A stretch of 64,000 nucleotides of DNA from Armatimonadota bacterium. GTDB lineage: Bacteria > Armatimonadota > SYMT01. Location: contig JAWLHY010000002.1 in the NCBI GenBank assembly GCA_041690135.1, positions 944,342-1,008,341 of the forward strand, written 5' to 3'. This document shows, in pieces, positions 20,001-28,236 of the stretch. Made by a program: the position numbers and the translations under genes. The notes beneath the pieces are model-generated. The model saw nothing but the letters and a program-made list of their open reading frames with translations, was not told where the DNA came from and did not search any database. How positions within the stretch are numbered: position 1 is the first letter of the stretch; each line of letters opens with the position of its first letter.

Positions 20001-22050
20001 CCTCTGGGGAACGGAGTTGCTGTTCAACGCGACCCGCGGCCTCTTCCCCTACGATGAGCTTCCGGACGACCGCGCCCCTTGGAGCGCCTGGCCCGGGTTC
20101 ACCAACCCGACCACCGCGTTCAGCCTGTTCACCAACATGAACGGGTTCCTGACGGGCACGCCGCCCTCCGTGGGCGCCGTCACCAAGCCGAGCCTCGTCC
20201 ACGACCTGGACGGGAACGGCATCCTGGCGTGGACCGACAGACTCAGCACGCTCGGTGCGGCGGCGGGGCAGGGGACCAACGAGCGGTTCCGGATCGTCTA
20301 CCAGGGCGTGCACGGTAACCAGTTCGCCCCGATGATTCTGAACCCCGGCGGCCAGGTCCCGGACCCGCGCGTCGAGCGCAGCGGCGTCCGGATGGTGCCC
20401 ACCACCGGCTCACCCGCCGAATGGTTCGCGTTCTACGCGATGGGCAGCGGCCCCCGGCACGGCCTCGGCTTCACCTGGAGCCCGAATCCGGCCAACCCGA
20501 GCGGGGTGAACATGTGGCGGCCGGAGCACACGATTCCGACCTCCCGCTCCCTCTCGAGCATCCAGGACCCGCACGTCTTCCTCACGGAGATCGGGACCAC
20601 CGGTTCCGCCGTTCCCGAGATGGCGTGGACGGCGTATGCCGGAGCCAGCCAGCGGCGGGGTCTTACGGATGTCTACCTCAGTCGCTTCCGGCTCGCGGCC
20701 CTCCGCTCGCCCGGTCAGCGGGGTACGGTGGATCAGCTCGGGAAGTCGAACGACTACGGGATGACCTCCTTCCCACGGGTGAACGGCGCGGTATTGCAGG
20801 CCAACCCCAACCGCACCCTTTACTCGGCCGATGGAATCGATTGGATCACCAATCCCACCAACGACGTGAAGGTCTACCTGGTGCGTCCCGACAAGGCGAG
20901 CGGCGCCGGCAGCCCCGGCTCACCCCTACCGCTGCTCGGGACACCGCCGAACGACACCCTTTCGCCCACGGGAGAGCGGGTGGCGGGTCTCGATCCCGCC
21001 CTCATCGCGGCGGCGCCCGCGGCCTCGCGGCCCACGCTGCAGGCGGTGCGGATCATCGCGGACGCGGCGGCGGGCACCATCCGGTTCACGATCGACACCC
21101 GCATGCTGGCCCGGCTGCTGGTCGCCACGCCGGCGATGACTGCGGACTCTCCGGACCCGCTCATCCTGGCGGACTACACGCCGCAGACCCTCCGCCTGAC
21201 GCGTGGGGACGTCTCCGCCCACGATCCCGTGATCGTGCCGGTGCTTTCCGACGCCACCAACGGTCCGGTCTACGACGCCAGCTGGTTCCTCCAGCATCGG
21301 GACGGCACCAAGTGGAGCAACGAGCTACCTGTCGCCGGAATCGCGGACCGTCTCTGGGTCTTCTGGCGCCGCACGGCCGGAGCCGCGGCAGGTTCGCCGA
21401 GTTGCTACTACAAGGTGCTGCGGCCCGGCGTCCGGGTCCGTGCGGGCGCCATCCGCGGGATCACTTCCGCCGACCTGACCGTGACGCCCCGGCCGGAAGA
21501 GGTTAACCCGCAGACGGGACAGATCTACTTCCCGGCCAACATGGAAGGCCAGGTCGTTACGGTGGCCTACCGCACCCCGCAGGGAGCGGCCATCTCGGAG
21601 ACCCATCGGGTTAGCTGGCAGGACGAGACCGGCGAGCGCCCGGTACCGATGGAGGCCGCAGTCAACGAGGGGAGCCTGGATGCTTTCGCCAGCTACGAAA
21701 TGGCGGCCATGACGGCATTCGGCTCCACTTCCCTGACGCCGGTTCGCAAGATGGAGCGGGTCTGGCTGTTCTGGTCCAGCACCCGGGGGAGCGGAGGCGA
21801 CATCTACTCCGCCACGCTCGCTCCGCGCATCGGTCCGGAAGTCGCCATTACCGGGTCGGCCACGGCGTTCTACCCGTACAGCGCCTCCGCTCTCTCCACC
21901 ACCGGAAGCACGCGCGGCCCCGCGCCCCGCACGGCGGCGTTCGCCACCTACACCCGCCGGCGACCGTTCGTCCTGCCGCCGCTCGTCCGGCGAGGCCCCC
22001 TGGTGCCCGTCCGCACCCGTCCCGCCACGCGCCGGGCGGCGGGCGAGTAG
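14017..22050 (+). CDS. Giant secreted protein (about 2680 aa) with PQQ-like propeller repeats and Dx[DN]xDG motifs; putative adhesin
   Basis: Signal MHKRVVVVGTLVLASLAMMTAWPVRA; repeats LYITTQDGQLICLNA, VFVADDYGAFRAFDA, VIFASERGRLYVFKA; DTDNDGDVD and DADNDGKLD. Confidence 0.75.
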   Translation: MHKRVVVVGTLVLASLAMMTAWPVRAVDFRSNRTDGIQYTGFSTNQQSSNQAYNIYDILSDPGAPSYGLYWKGGLRNDPLPLVDNREQDPELTWTDFVTRLGLSTPRPTFTPNVPQGWSPIVIDLDRTGAAADHFLVNVSLDVTNTNPDPLMDPREQVITAYWPETANGLGNLSSQMPPNRLEPLQDQINNRIWRIKTRELDPIQSVGGATGVVTQPPIYSFVDGEHLLYLVIGTGENNDPAKVVCLRIPPPIGSGQAPQVPDPADYGDIWDPNDPGSDGMVVWSYDVQARSGSGNIPVAGISFADFGDTQIPRPNLYITTQDGQLICLNARPVDQSNVNQDGDPRAGQERWKWLTPATNSPLAGFAYGMTPAVCRVPLSGAYPSDTLQNAVQEHHVDEWMVFVADDYGAFRAFDAGGEANNASNPTQYAPRLRWQDAAWQVDNTTTPPTYTQIRRRADTDNDGDVDANDEAERFKVPPVVYQGGTPMTNSSGVPVGAYDSGYDDEVIFASERGRLYVFKALGKLTVSSGASDGEPVFETANTPHLESGTVMRWQWPESDTSMAPASTVAEEPRVWPREHNARVTTPRDIVNVLGAEIPIDGNYYVRSALATSLGANANPNSGSPNLDLGDDLIFVPYLQDVTALEATLRPATLDATKRYFHEYVASLKPYPFVQAEYPIEDLVSARITWTDPATMAVRTVYVGNDTNVPAADQVQIDRVFRIGTVKSTGVTVTQATPAAGYNQNVTSLQDDTAYMVDQSFYYPPDNAEVFIPFGPAYNTQVELTYTYRDNSGTLQAARTDPPAPLPSCYRRDTTRPGYDRTVTANDFIVRGRASLSVNRARLQLQLVQTGTVHTEHPAQVDAVDFTTFDQRPPSMFAAGSANAGGLVLVPIWYRGRVIALNNRLQPLTALPGLHDTRYGAGNVLTSPFDGDPGPFVVLTNENFVDHPEWTDIGASVTEIDGWLYLTYRNGHTRAWSNQGGGAPGTDGPNTPIFTQPPLPNFGNRVRAPVAIRLLEVPVGTTPTPQDVISGTYPYRDVSRTADGALLLEYGEDVHILVDFGDFQLGDLRDNSDSTYNPNEPNPPMGDGFYLDSRLLDPQNVVQAQLLSSIGAIGQLAAPSRGVGVYWNRDTGGRCFALITLNTGFPSGTNPLTPGTPVLREKAAGQFLANEALYYLQVTQSGVQWLWPHSDPNDAQGNPYPAGTVTQGLYPSYTNANAATTSPTNYTQPDPRRIHYWTIEPNQGATRFPKTAGPGNWTWLGQWREYAPLLSYNNPLVLFYDPVRDDSTLSHAGSIHGMYDGSNPINGIPLEPTSPSRTNPNTLQFRNRFTSATDQGRKNGDVYVSAVVDGARSGVGQPLVPTVGVGVLGGGVGGAQAKQFLFGQHGRTTPDSATLVPDVARLRVGDRSYLGTKSRNLTVRVQRAPLTKMGIGAAFGGATNPGYPSGAPMGSLQQNVNIWDDGPDGLYPSIAESRLLVTKTGTTVDLASGAVAIPGRATNGAMPGVNALESLTVQVDIPSYTPDDVYTTRWRTATPRGSAPWAAGTTNGSFPGVPGSLFNPFWPGQSILGLGATSLWDRSEARATSQNAPAAPEPDPLPPGTHDPAQDDRLRRVVVFVDADNDGKLDLEPNRREAYRTFAVQVVVQPDMKLETQTPVVDFGSIHHGKKQPGLGGGALEIREYQRMNQLRDPASPAPDRAVGNFYNQWWRKIVLVNSGNVNLAYVKPELIYQEIGQQPKIRALPAEGNDWFRALPLVQATTASALADPFQIFLRTSFDDQMLPDASLDYAAADRGLWLQKAPVGGGLPGTVAYADNIIDSRSGAKGQAVYRDPSLSANNWQNGRELWMSLNLPTGSALGQYSGTMTYYNDRMVTLRADIDPTSTASVVGYTYGEFTGGRSGLLERQVGGEPVEPMIDPPIQLKARVTETLIQGRYQYTAAGPMNPTGTQIPDRPDRRIMPAASLAVDPSSSETRLRVVYASNRAGIASTRPQPLMYDLWGTELLFNATRGLFPYDELPDDRAPWSAWPGFTNPTTAFSLFTNMNGFLTGTPPSVGAVTKPSLVHDLDGNGILAWTDRLSTLGAAAGQGTNERFRIVYQGVHGNQFAPMILNPGGQVPDPRVERSGVRMVPTTGSPAEWFAFYAMGSGPRHGLGFTWSPNPANPSGVNMWRPEHTIPTSRSLSSIQDPHVFLTEIGTTGSAVPEMAWTAYAGASQRRGLTDVYLSRFRLAALRSPGQRGTVDQLGKSNDYGMTSFPRVNGAVLQANPNRTLYSADGIDWITNPTNDVKVYLVRPDKASGAGSPGSPLPLLGTPPNDTLSPTGERVAGLDPALIAAAPAASRPTLQAVRIIADAAAGTIRFTIDTRMLARLLVATPAMTADSPDPLILADYTPQTLRLTRGDVSAHDPVIVPVLSDATNGPVYDASWFLQHRDGTKWSNELPVAGIADRLWVFWRRTAGAAAGSPSCYYKVLRPGVRVRAGAIRGITSADLTVTPRPEEVNPQTGQIYFPANMEGQVVTVAYRTPQGAAISETHRVSWQDETGERPVPMEAAVNEGSLDAFASYEMAAMTAFGSTSLTPVRKMERVWLFWSSTRGSGGDIYSATLAPRIGPEVAITGSATAFYPYSASALSTTGSTRGPAPRTAAFATYTRRRPFVLPPLVRRGPLVPVRTRPATRRAAGE

Positions 22051-22059
22051 AAAGCGATG

Positions 22060-22105
22060 ATGACGTGAGAGGCTGCGGAACTCTACCCGCGTCCTCTCAC
22101 GTCAT
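22060..22105 (+). terminator. Hairpin after the giant gene
   Basis: atgacgtgagagg...cctctcacgtcat 13-bp perfect stem; no clear U tract. Confidence 0.45.
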
Positions 22106-22242
22106 GACCTGTGGCCTGCGAACAGCTCAATTCGTTTTAACATTCGACATCTAAAACAGTTTGTCTCGGCATTCGTGCCAAATACCTTTCCAGGCTCCTG
22201 TGCCCCTAAGCAGGAGAAGTCAGCGTCGCCATTGAACTTTCA

Positions 22243-22272
22243 TTGACACCCCGGATAGCGCTCGGCTAGGAT
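22243..22272 (+). promoter_or_regulatory. Sigma70-type promoter for the pilM operon
   Basis: TTGACA-18 bp-TAGGAT about 125 bp upstream of pilM. Confidence 0.6.
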
Positions 22273-22398
22273 GGGCGTGCGGAATAGAGGGTTCACCCTC
22301 GTATCTGCTCCCACCCCACCCGCCAGACCCAGCGGTGCTGGCTGCATCCGGGCACTTCAGCTTCCCATCCGGTATTTGAACGCGCGGGATACCCAAAG

Positions 22399-24144
22399 AT
22401 GCCCTTAAAGAAATCAGGCGGCCCCGTGGTCGGCCTGGACATTGGTTCTTCCTTCATCAAGGCGTGCGAGATCGACTGCCGGGGCGGTCGCGCCAATCTC
22501 CGCGGCATCGCCGTGGAGCCGACCCCACAGGACGCCGTGGTCAATAGCGAGATCATGGATCCGGTGAGCCTGGGCAAGGCGATCAAAGCACTCTTCCAGA
22601 AGAACGGAATCAAGGGTCGCAAGGTGGTCACCAGTGTGGCCGGTCAGTCCTCCCTGGTCGTGCGCATCATCGAAGTTCCCAAGATGACCCGCGCCGAGCT
22701 CCAGGAAACGATGAAGTGGGAGATCGAGCGGCACGTGCCGTTCGCGGCCGAGCAGGTCGTGATGGACTATCAGCCCCTCGTCGCGCCCGAAGAAGTCCCC
22801 GAAGGCCAGAACATGGAAGTTCTGCTGGCCGTCGCGCAAGAGGGGCTCGTCATCCGGCACGTCGAGGCGATCCAGGCCGCCGGTCTTCAACCCATCGCCA
22901 TCGACATCGAACCGCTCGCCTGCTCGCGCGCCATTCTGGATATGGCCAACGGCTCCGGTCCCGGCGGCACCGTCGCCCTCATCGACATGGGCGCCAGCAC
23001 CACCGACGTCAGCATCTACAAAGACGGTCGCATCGCCTTTACGCGCTCCATCCAGTTGGCGGGCAACAACCTCACCAAGTCGATCAGCGACACGCTGCAG
23101 CGTCCGCTCGCCGAGGCGGAGCAGATCAAGCAGCAGATGGCGCGGATTCCGGAGATGGGCGGCGCTACCCAGCCGGACGACACTCCCTTCGGCGGAGGGG
23201 GCGGCCTCGACTTCGGCGGCGAGCTCGATTTCGGCATGGGTGGCGACCAGCAGGTCCTGGGTGGCACCTTCGGCATGGGTGCTTCCGCGGAACCGGGCGT
23301 CTCCACCGCCACCGATACCCACTCGGAGCCCCAGATCGATATCGCCGGCGGCGGCTTCAGCCCCGACCTTTTCACCAGTCCCGCTCCGCAGCCCGCGGGA
23401 GGCGAGCTTCCGTCGTTCGACGTCGCGCCGGAATCGGCGACCCCGGCGGCGGCACCCGCTGCCTCGCCGTTCGGCGGCGGGCCGCTCCTCAGCGGACCGG
23501 TTCCCGGTGGCAACCCGTTCGATCCGGAAGCAGGACTCCCCGGTCAGGCCGAACCCCCGGCTCCGGAAGGGCCCGCGGTGAATCCGTTCGGAGCCTCCCC
23601 GTTCGATTCTTCTCCCTTCGGTCCGACCCCCGGCGCCGATCCTTTTGCTCCCCTGGATCCGGGCGTGCCGACCTTTGGCGACCCCAACACTCCCATTGGC
23701 CCCGACGGCGGCTTTGGCGGCGGGGCTCCGGCCATGATGTCGGAAGAGGAGATGCTCCGCACGCAGGTGGCGGACGCCATCATGCCCGTTCTTGCGGAGT
23801 TGGTGACGGAAGTTCGGCGCTCGCTTGATTTTTATCGGAACCGCGCGAACGGCTTAGGCGCCCAACAAGTAATCATCACCGGAGGAACGGCCAAGTTGCC
23901 CGGGCTGGCCGACTATCTCACAGTAAACCTGGAAGTGCCGGTGACGGTTGGAAACCCATTGCAGTACCTTTCCACCGGGCCCAAGGCGGACCCCGGCTAC
24001 CTGCAAGATGTAGGCCCGGTATTCCCGGTCTCCGTCGGACTGGCCGCCAGGGAACTCCTTATGGACAGCGCTCCGGCCAAGCGTGCCAAGGCACCCAAGG
24101 CTCCGAAGCCTCCGAAGGCTCCGAAGCCCTCGAAGAACAAGTAG
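22399..24144 (+). CDS. pilM: Type IV pilus assembly protein PilM with a long acidic Pro/Gly insertion
   Basis: VGLDIGSSFIK, LIDMGASTTDV, EVRRSLDFY, ITGGTAKLPGL, SVGLAAR actin-like PilM motifs. Confidence 0.93.
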   Translation: MPLKKSGGPVVGLDIGSSFIKACEIDCRGGRANLRGIAVEPTPQDAVVNSEIMDPVSLGKAIKALFQKNGIKGRKVVTSVAGQSSLVVRIIEVPKMTRAELQETMKWEIERHVPFAAEQVVMDYQPLVAPEEVPEGQNMEVLLAVAQEGLVIRHVEAIQAAGLQPIAIDIEPLACSRAILDMANGSGPGGTVALIDMGASTTDVSIYKDGRIAFTRSIQLAGNNLTKSISDTLQRPLAEAEQIKQQMARIPEMGGATQPDDTPFGGGGGLDFGGELDFGMGGDQQVLGGTFGMGASAEPGVSTATDTHSEPQIDIAGGGFSPDLFTSPAPQPAGGELPSFDVAPESATPAAAPAASPFGGGPLLSGPVPGGNPFDPEAGLPGQAEPPAPEGPAVNPFGASPFDSSPFGPTPGADPFAPLDPGVPTFGDPNTPIGPDGGFGGGAPAMMSEEEMLRTQVADAIMPVLAELVTEVRRSLDFYRNRANGLGAQQVIITGGTAKLPGLADYLTVNLEVPVTVGNPLQYLSTGPKADPGYLQDVGPVFPVSVGLAARELLMDSAPAKRAKAPKAPKPPKAPKPSKNK

Positions 24145-24151
24145 GTCTGCG

Positions 24152-25147
24152 ATGCTGAAGATCAATCTCTTACCTCCGTACATCCATCAGAAGAAGATGG
24201 TCAAGGTTGCCGCCGGAGTGGTGACCGTTCTTCTGGTCGGAGAGATCGTGGTGATGCTCGCCATGCGCGCGGGCCCGGAGGCGGAAAAGACCCAGCTGAC
24301 GAATCGGTTGAATGAGGTTCAGGCGGAGTTCGCGAAGTTGAACCCGCTCAAAACCGAGGCCGACACGATTCTGGCGGCCGAAGGTGGGATGGCGCCGAAG
24401 TTCGACTTCCTCACCGGGATGGACAAGTACAACACCGAGTATCCGGAACTTTACTCGCGCACCGCGGCGTACACCTACCGCGAAGCTACCATCCTGAATC
24501 TTAGCGCCAGCGCCAACCAGTTGCAGTTCGACGCCTACGTCTCGCGGCCGCGCGACGTCAGCCTGTTGATCCTCGGTCTCAGCCGCAGCAGCGACTTCAC
24601 GGGTCTTCCGCAGGTAACCGGCGTTCCCGGTTTCGACCCCGCAAAGGAAGCCGAGCGAGAGCAGGCGGCGAATGCGGCGCTTCCGGAAGCGACGGTGATC
24701 GGCGGGATGCAGCCTGGCATGGCGCCCGCGGGCGGCTATCCCGGTATGCCGGGAGGGGAGATGGCCGGCGGCTACCCGGGAATGCCCGGCGGCGGGAATG
24801 GTCCCGGAGGCGGCATGATGGGCGGCGCGCCCGAGATGCCTGGCGCCTCGAGCGCCATGATGGAAGGCGCCATGAGCGGCTACCCCGGTGCGGAAGGCGG
24901 GATGATGGGCGGCGGCGGTAAGGGCGATCTCAGCAAGCTGGGAATCGACCAGGCCGTGGCCAAGCCTCGCGGTTTTACCGTGTCCGTCACTTGCGCGCTG
25001 CGGACCACCATAACCCGGCCGAAATACGGCAGTTCCGACCAGCAGGCCGGAGCCGGCGGTGGGGGCGGCGGCTATCCCGGCATGTCCGGTGAGATGCCCG
25101 GTATGATGGGTGCACCCCCGATGGCGGGTGGGATGAACGGCCCGTAG
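24152..25147 (+). CDS. pilN: PilN-like protein
   Basis: N-terminal INLLP PilM-binding motif, TM helix and coiled coil; directly after pilM. Confidence 0.8.
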   Translation: MLKINLLPPYIHQKKMVKVAAGVVTVLLVGEIVVMLAMRAGPEAEKTQLTNRLNEVQAEFAKLNPLKTEADTILAAEGGMAPKFDFLTGMDKYNTEYPELYSRTAAYTYREATILNLSASANQLQFDAYVSRPRDVSLLILGLSRSSDFTGLPQVTGVPGFDPAKEAEREQAANAALPEATVIGGMQPGMAPAGGYPGMPGGEMAGGYPGMPGGGNGPGGGMMGGAPEMPGASSAMMEGAMSGYPGAEGGMMGGGGKGDLSKLGIDQAVAKPRGFTVSVTCALRTTITRPKYGSSDQQAGAGGGGGGYPGMSGEMPGMMGAPPMAGGMNGP

Positions 25148-25167
25148 GCCGGAGGAAGCAAGGACCC

Positions 25168-26013
25168 ATGAATGCGAGTAAGATAACGCAGGTCCACGTC
25201 TACATCTTCGGCTTCGTGGTGATGATCCTCGTAGGCGTCGGGATGTACTTCGGGATCTTGAAGCCGATGAAGGACGCCAACGTAGCCCTGGCCGCTCAAG
25301 TCCAGCAAGCGGAGTCGGCGACCGTATCGGTAGACAATCAGAATTTCAATTGGACCCAGGTCAAGCAGGCAGAGGAAAAGCTGGCGGCGGCCCGCGTCCG
25401 GCGCACGGGCAAAGAGCGCAAGCTGGCCTCCATGGAGGCCGGTAAGAAGCTTCCGCGCAGCCAGGAGATCAACCTCGGCGACGGCACGGACCAGACGGTT
25501 CTCCAGACGACGATGCCCCGGTGGCTCGAGTTGCCTCGCCGCGTAGTGACCACGATGGAACGGTTCGGCCAGGCGCGGGCTCGCCGTCGCGGCGTAACGC
25601 TGACCACCGCTTTCACCGCGCCCGCTCCCAGCACCCGCCCCGGAGACATTCCGCGCGATATCATCGCCTGGCGCCTGGGCGCGATGACGGTGACGGGCCG
25701 CTTCGAGCGCGTGATGCAGTGGGCTAAGGACTGGAACAGTGCACCTCTGGTGGTCTCCGTCGAAGACCTGAAGTGTTCACTGGCCGGCCGCGATGGCGAG
25801 GTGGAGGCGACCGCGAGCCTGGTCGTTTACATCTTCCCCACCGGTGAGGCCGTTCAGAGCCCCGGTGCCGCCCCTGCGGGCGGAGCCCAGGGTGGGATGC
25901 CTGGCATGCCCGGCGGGTACCCTGGTGGAATGCCCGGCATGGACTCCGGTATGCCCGAAGCTGGTGGAATGAACGGACCTGGCGCCGCGTTCTCTCCGCC
26001 TCCCCCGTCGTAG
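25168..26013 (+). CDS. pilO: PilO-like protein
   Basis: TM helix, coiled coil, 'MTVTGRFERVMQW...PLVVSVEDL' PilO-like ferredoxin-fold motif; synteny. Confidence 0.7.
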   Translation: MNASKITQVHVYIFGFVVMILVGVGMYFGILKPMKDANVALAAQVQQAESATVSVDNQNFNWTQVKQAEEKLAAARVRRTGKERKLASMEAGKKLPRSQEINLGDGTDQTVLQTTMPRWLELPRRVVTTMERFGQARARRRGVTLTTAFTAPAPSTRPGDIPRDIIAWRLGAMTVTGRFERVMQWAKDWNSAPLVVSVEDLKCSLAGRDGEVEATASLVVYIFPTGEAVQSPGAAPAGGAQGGMPGMPGGYPGGMPGMDSGMPEAGGMNGPGAAFSPPPPS

Positions 26014-26035
26014 AAACAGCGAGGATTGTCCAGAT

Positions 26036-26890
26036 ATGCAAGCCGCAAGTGATGGTGGGCCCCTCGCGGCCATAACCCAGAACAAAAAAGCGATGATCGG
26101 CATTGGAGTGGCGGCCGTCCTCGCGATCGTCATTCTGCTGGTGCAGGTCTTCCAATCGATGGCGCCGCCGGCCGCGCCGGCCGCTCCGGTGGGTATTGAT
26201 CCGGCCGCGGTTCCGGGCGGAATGGCCGGAGCAGCTCCGGGGATGGATCCGATGATGGATCCGGCTGCGGGCGGGGTGCCCGGCGCGATGCCGGGGGAGA
26301 TGCCCGGTGGAATGCCGGGAATGCCGGGAATGCCCGGTGCAGCTCCTGGCGCCGCCCCCGCGGCCGCCTCTACCGAGCCGGTAAAGAAGCAGCCCCCCGG
26401 GGTTCCCGTGCGTGCGAATCCGTTCGAGCCCAACCGGGAGCTGGCCGAGGTGCTGGAAACCATTCCCAAGACTCCGGAACAACCGGATGCGGTCGCGCCC
26501 GATCACGACATCTACGCGGAGCTTTATCAGCCCAAGTCGGAAGTCCAACTTTCGGATGACGAGACGGACGGACCGCCGATTCCTTCGATGCGGGTGACCG
26601 GTATCATTCTCGGAAACCAGGTATCCGCGTTGATGCAGATCGGCTCCGAGTTCATGCAGGTCACTCCCGGCAAGTGGATTCCGAACGACACGAATCCCAT
26701 TTATCGGGTCGAACGCATCGAACAGGGCAAAGTCGTGTTGACGCGACGCTGGGAAGAAGGCAATCGCAAGGGAGTCCAGCGCATCGAGGTCGGCATTGCG
26801 GGCACCGGTGGCCAGGGCCGAGCGGGCGGTTACCGCCCCGGAGCGCCCGGAATGATGGCGCCGGGAATGGGAATGGCTCCTCCCATCTAA
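26036..26890 (+). CDS. PilP/GspC-like protein
   Basis: TM helix, Pro/Met-rich linker, RANPF motif, 'MRVTGIILG...ALMQ...YRVERIEQGKVVL' HR-like domain; synteny. Confidence 0.65.
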   Translation: MQAASDGGPLAAITQNKKAMIGIGVAAVLAIVILLVQVFQSMAPPAAPAAPVGIDPAAVPGGMAGAAPGMDPMMDPAAGGVPGAMPGEMPGGMPGMPGMPGAAPGAAPAAASTEPVKKQPPGVPVRANPFEPNRELAEVLETIPKTPEQPDAVAPDHDIYAELYQPKSEVQLSDDETDGPPIPSMRVTGIILGNQVSALMQIGSEFMQVTPGKWIPNDTNPIYRVERIEQGKVVLTRRWEEGNRKGVQRIEVGIAGTGGQGRAGGYRPGAPGMMAPGMGMAPPI

Positions 26891-27128
26891 CGCCGCCCGG
26901 CACCGTTACGTGAATCAGGGTCCACCACTCACTCCGCAGGGAGGGGAGGTGGACCCTTACTGAAGGTTCCAGAACTACAAGCAGCAAAGCTGGCGCAACG
27001 AAAGCTCGCTTCGGTGAGTCCAATCCATGTAAGCAGCCAGTTCCGGGAGACCGGCCGATCCGGGGGATTTCGCCACGCGAAACACGTGGAGCGGGATCAG
27101 GTCTCCAGCGCAAGGAGATAGAGACAAC

Positions 27129-27947
27129 ATGAGGTATTCAGTACGCTGGGCCGTCCCCATTATGGTGGCCCTTCTCGCGGTAACTGCCTCCCTGGCCCCG
27201 CGGCCGGTGCATGCACAGGAGGCAGATAAGAAGATTCAGATCGACCTGCAGAGCACTCCGCTCCGCGATGCGATTCGCCTGATCTTCTTGAACTCCGGTC
27301 TTCAGTACTCGGTGGACCCCAACGTCCCCAACGTTCCGATCGACCTCAAGCTGCGGGACGTCAGCCTTCAGCAGGCGCTGCGGCTGGTGATCCGGCAGGC
27401 CGCGTCCTCGGTGCCCGGCCTCACCTCTTCCAAGGAAGGGGACGTCTTCGTGATCAAGATCCGGCAGCAGACCCCCACGAGCCTGGGCGGCGCACCGGAA
27501 GATCAGGGACCTCCTCCGGAATTTACCGAGGGTGAAGAGGAGACGGAGTGGGACCGGATTCCGGCGCAGTTCGTTGACATCCGAGCTATCCTCATGGGCC
27601 TTTCCGGCATGGGCTACGTCCCGACCGACGCCGAGATCATGATGATGACGTCCGGCATGGGCGGCGGCATGATGGGCGGCGGCATGGGCGGCGGCATGAT
27701 GGGCGGCGGCATGATGGGCGGCATGGGCGGCATGGGCGGCGGCTTCGGCGGCGGCATGATGGGCGGCATGGGCGGTATGGGTGGTATGATGGGCGGCATG
27801 GGCGGCGGCATGATGGGCGGCATGGGCGGCATGATGGGCGGCATGGGCGGCTTCGGCGGCGGCATGGGCGGCTTCGGCGGCGGCATGGGCGGCTTCGGCG
27901 GCGGCATGGGCGGCTTCGGCGGCGGCGGCTTCGGCAACCGTTTCTAA
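27129..27947 (+). CDS. Secretin N0/STN-domain protein with Gly-Met tail and no secretin core
   Basis: Signal VHA|Q; IDLQSTPLRDAIRLI...LKLRDVSLQQALRLVI; RBS aaggag upstream. Confidence 0.8.
   Translation: MRYSVRWAVPIMVALLAVTASLAPRPVHAQEADKKIQIDLQSTPLRDAIRLIFLNSGLQYSVDPNVPNVPIDLKLRDVSLQQALRLVIRQAASSVPGLTSSKEGDVFVIKIRQQTPTSLGGAPEDQGPPPEFTEGEEETEWDRIPAQFVDIRAILMGLSGMGYVPTDAEIMMMTSGMGGGMMGGGMGGGMMGGGMMGGMGGMGGGFGGGMMGGMGGMGGMMGGMGGGMMGGMGGMMGGMGGFGGGMGGFGGGMGGFGGGMGGFGGGGFGNRF
27650..27935 (+). repeat. Coding GGM/GGF tandem repeats
   Basis: ggcggcatg units and a 21-bp unit ggcggcttcggcggcggcatg. Confidence 0.9.
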
Positions 27948-27993
27948 TTCCTAACCGGCAGGGAGGAACCTGCTTCACTGCCGGTTAACAATA

Positions 27994-28036
27994 GGGTCGT
28001 CGGGTGGTCCCCCGGTCACCTGACGGCCCTTTCTTG
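27994..28036 (+). terminator. Putative intrinsic terminator between the STN gene and the secretin gene
   Basis: agggtcgtcgggtg...cacctgacggccct followed by ttctt; preceded by a second hairpin taaccggcag...ctgccggtta. Confidence 0.5.
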
Positions 28037-28236
28037 GGGCTTCTAGCAGGCGGGCACACTGTTGTCAGGAGAACGACACCTCTGTTCTTTACTGGCCGAC
28101 CGTTCAAGATAACGAAAGTCCCAAGTAAACCTCGTCTCGGAACCCCCAGCCCACACCCGGAAATCTATCCAGGCCGGCAGCGCCCGGCGGGTCCTCAGAT
28201 AGAGGCAGAACTGGCTGTTAGGAGGAGTTTTCTAAT

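Noticed and set aside
22345-22385. gggcactt resembling a c-di-GMP-II riboswitch
   Set aside because: The complementary agtgcaaccg segment is absent.
26960-27025. Hammerhead-like ctgaagg...cgaaa...gtc arrangement
   Set aside because: The core deviates from CUGANGA, stem III is out of register, and there is no convincing stem I.
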